Of a stretch of 10,358 nucleotides of DNA, positions 9,162-10,358 are shown in pieces. The stretch comes from Trichoplax adhaerens (Eukaryota; Animalia; Placozoa): positions 1 to 10,358 of the forward strand of contig NW_002061088.1 of the NCBI RefSeq assembly GCF_000150275.1, read 5' to 3'. Each line of letters starts with the position of its first letter. Positions within the stretch are counted from its first letter, which is position 1. The notes beneath the pieces were generated by a model. That model worked only from the letters and a program-made list of their open reading frames with translations, made no database searches and was not told where the DNA came from. The position numbers and the translations under genes were made by a program.

Positions 9162-9709
9162 AATCACAAAATTTCAAATTTTAGAAAAATAAGGGCTTTA
9201 ATGTATCTTATACAAAGATTAACTACACACAGCTCTACTCTAGCCGAATACTACTACTAAAGACTTCTACAACGAACTAACTGAATAATCTAAAGTTGTA
9301 TGCTTTTATACTTTCCGTACCATTCGCAGCTACAATCCGCATAGCAGCCTTTTACCTTATTTTACACATAGTTAAATTATTCTTAGTAAGACTATTCTAC
9401 TGCGGACCATCATTAATCCGATATGGATATGACTACGGTATTTACGTAGACATTATTCGCACCAGCCAAAGTACAATGAATTAACCATATCGTAATATAT
9501 GATTTACAGTTCTATTTTTACCTATAGCCTTATTAGTAACTCAACACCTTACTGTATATAGTCATCTATACTCTAGCATAGAATCTATACCACTACAGTC
9601 TATAGTAATAGCTACCAAATATCTCTTAGGATAAATAAAGAAGCTACGCTAACGTACATTATACTAAACATGGCTAATAGTCTACAATCACAATACTAGT
9701 TACATTACA
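9162..9709 (-). mobile_element. LTR-like element, family 1 copy C (longest copy, lacks the 13-bp left terminus of copy A)
   Basis: 548 bp, colinear with copies A and B. On the minus strand it reads TGTAATGTAAC..., TATAAAAG (9303-9310), then ATTAAA (9197-9202), which is the U3/TATA-R/polyA-U5 order of an LTR. No clean target-site duplication found. Confidence 0.7.
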
Positions 9710-10358
9710 ACTATTAAGAGTAAATATGAATGTACTCTGGTACTTCACTTCAAGGCTGCTTCTGTAAGTTTTTACAGCTCTATTTTAGAAATTACACTTT
9801 AAGTTTACGTGAAAGTAATCGGTAAAGTTATTTTTCGTGACCATCTAGGCATTACTTTGCAAATTTGTAACAGTTACAGATTGAATTTCAAACTGAAATA
9901 ATAGAATAACATTTCAATCTTTAATACTGTTTTATTTTCCGATAAGAAATTCATATTATTAAAAAAGTAAAAATTATTAAATGATTTTAGAGAAATTTAA
10001 TTTTTTAAGAAAATTTTATGTAATATTAATGCTGGTCAGATATGCTGCGATTCAATATCTCTAATAAAAACTTTTGCACTTCGTCAATTCTGCAAGATAT
10101 ATTGTATCAAATACTCCAATACTTTAATTACAATAATAATCTAAAATATATTTGCACTGATAAATATTGTTTTAGAGATACTCAGTATTTCTAATAACAA
10201 AGGAATAAATAAGAAAAGATTTATCTACTTTGTTATCTGATCTGTTTTAGCGAATGGAGTAAAGTAAAATCAAATCTTTCATTCCTTTTGTGAAACTGAA
10301 ATTCTGTGATAGAGATATTAAAGCTACAAAATATCCATAAATTCATTGGCGCTATATA

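Noticed and set aside
9296-9484. Hydrophobic 62-aa ORF repeated at ~5614-5796, as a possible small membrane protein
   Set aside because: It has a TTG start, lies inside the LTR-like repeat, is frameshifted between copies B and C and is largely deleted in A. Hydrophobicity is expected from T-rich DNA.
9695-9709. (TTACA)2 end as a SINE/LINE tail or a Helitron CTAG end
   Set aside because: No Pol III A/B boxes and no subterminal GC hairpin. The TG..CA ends with a 5-bp TSD and TATA/polyA order fit an LTR better.
1-10358. CRISPR array, tRNA/rRNA, prokaryotic operon or defence system
   Set aside because: No regularly spaced repeats, no cloverleaf or rRNA motifs, very low coding density, and the only genes are eukaryotic GPCRs.

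Overview
AT-rich eukaryotic (animal-like) genomic DNA from an apparent tandem array of intronless class A (rhodopsin-like) GPCR genes. The window opens with the intact 3' end of one receptor (1-240). It also holds a full-length but disrupted paralog (6281-7301; 4 internal TAA stops, 2 frameshifts) that the ORF track shows only as two fragments. The intergenic DNA carries four LTR-like elements from two unrelated families. Family 1 has three direct copies, 93-96% identical, oriented on the minus strand: 4471-4920 (TG..CA ends, GCTAC target-site duplication), 5611-6017 and 9162-9709. Family 2 has one solo LTR-like copy at 8311-8897 (TGT..ACA ends, CCTAC duplication, canonical TATA+Inr). Other features are a perfect 30-bp palindrome, a short tandem duplication and a 387-N gap whose flanks appear to join directly. 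I see no bacterial-type system, RNA gene, CRISPR array or retroelement coding sequence. The organism cannot be determined; a placozoan/invertebrate-type GPCR expansion is a guess only. All alignments and counts were done by eye.
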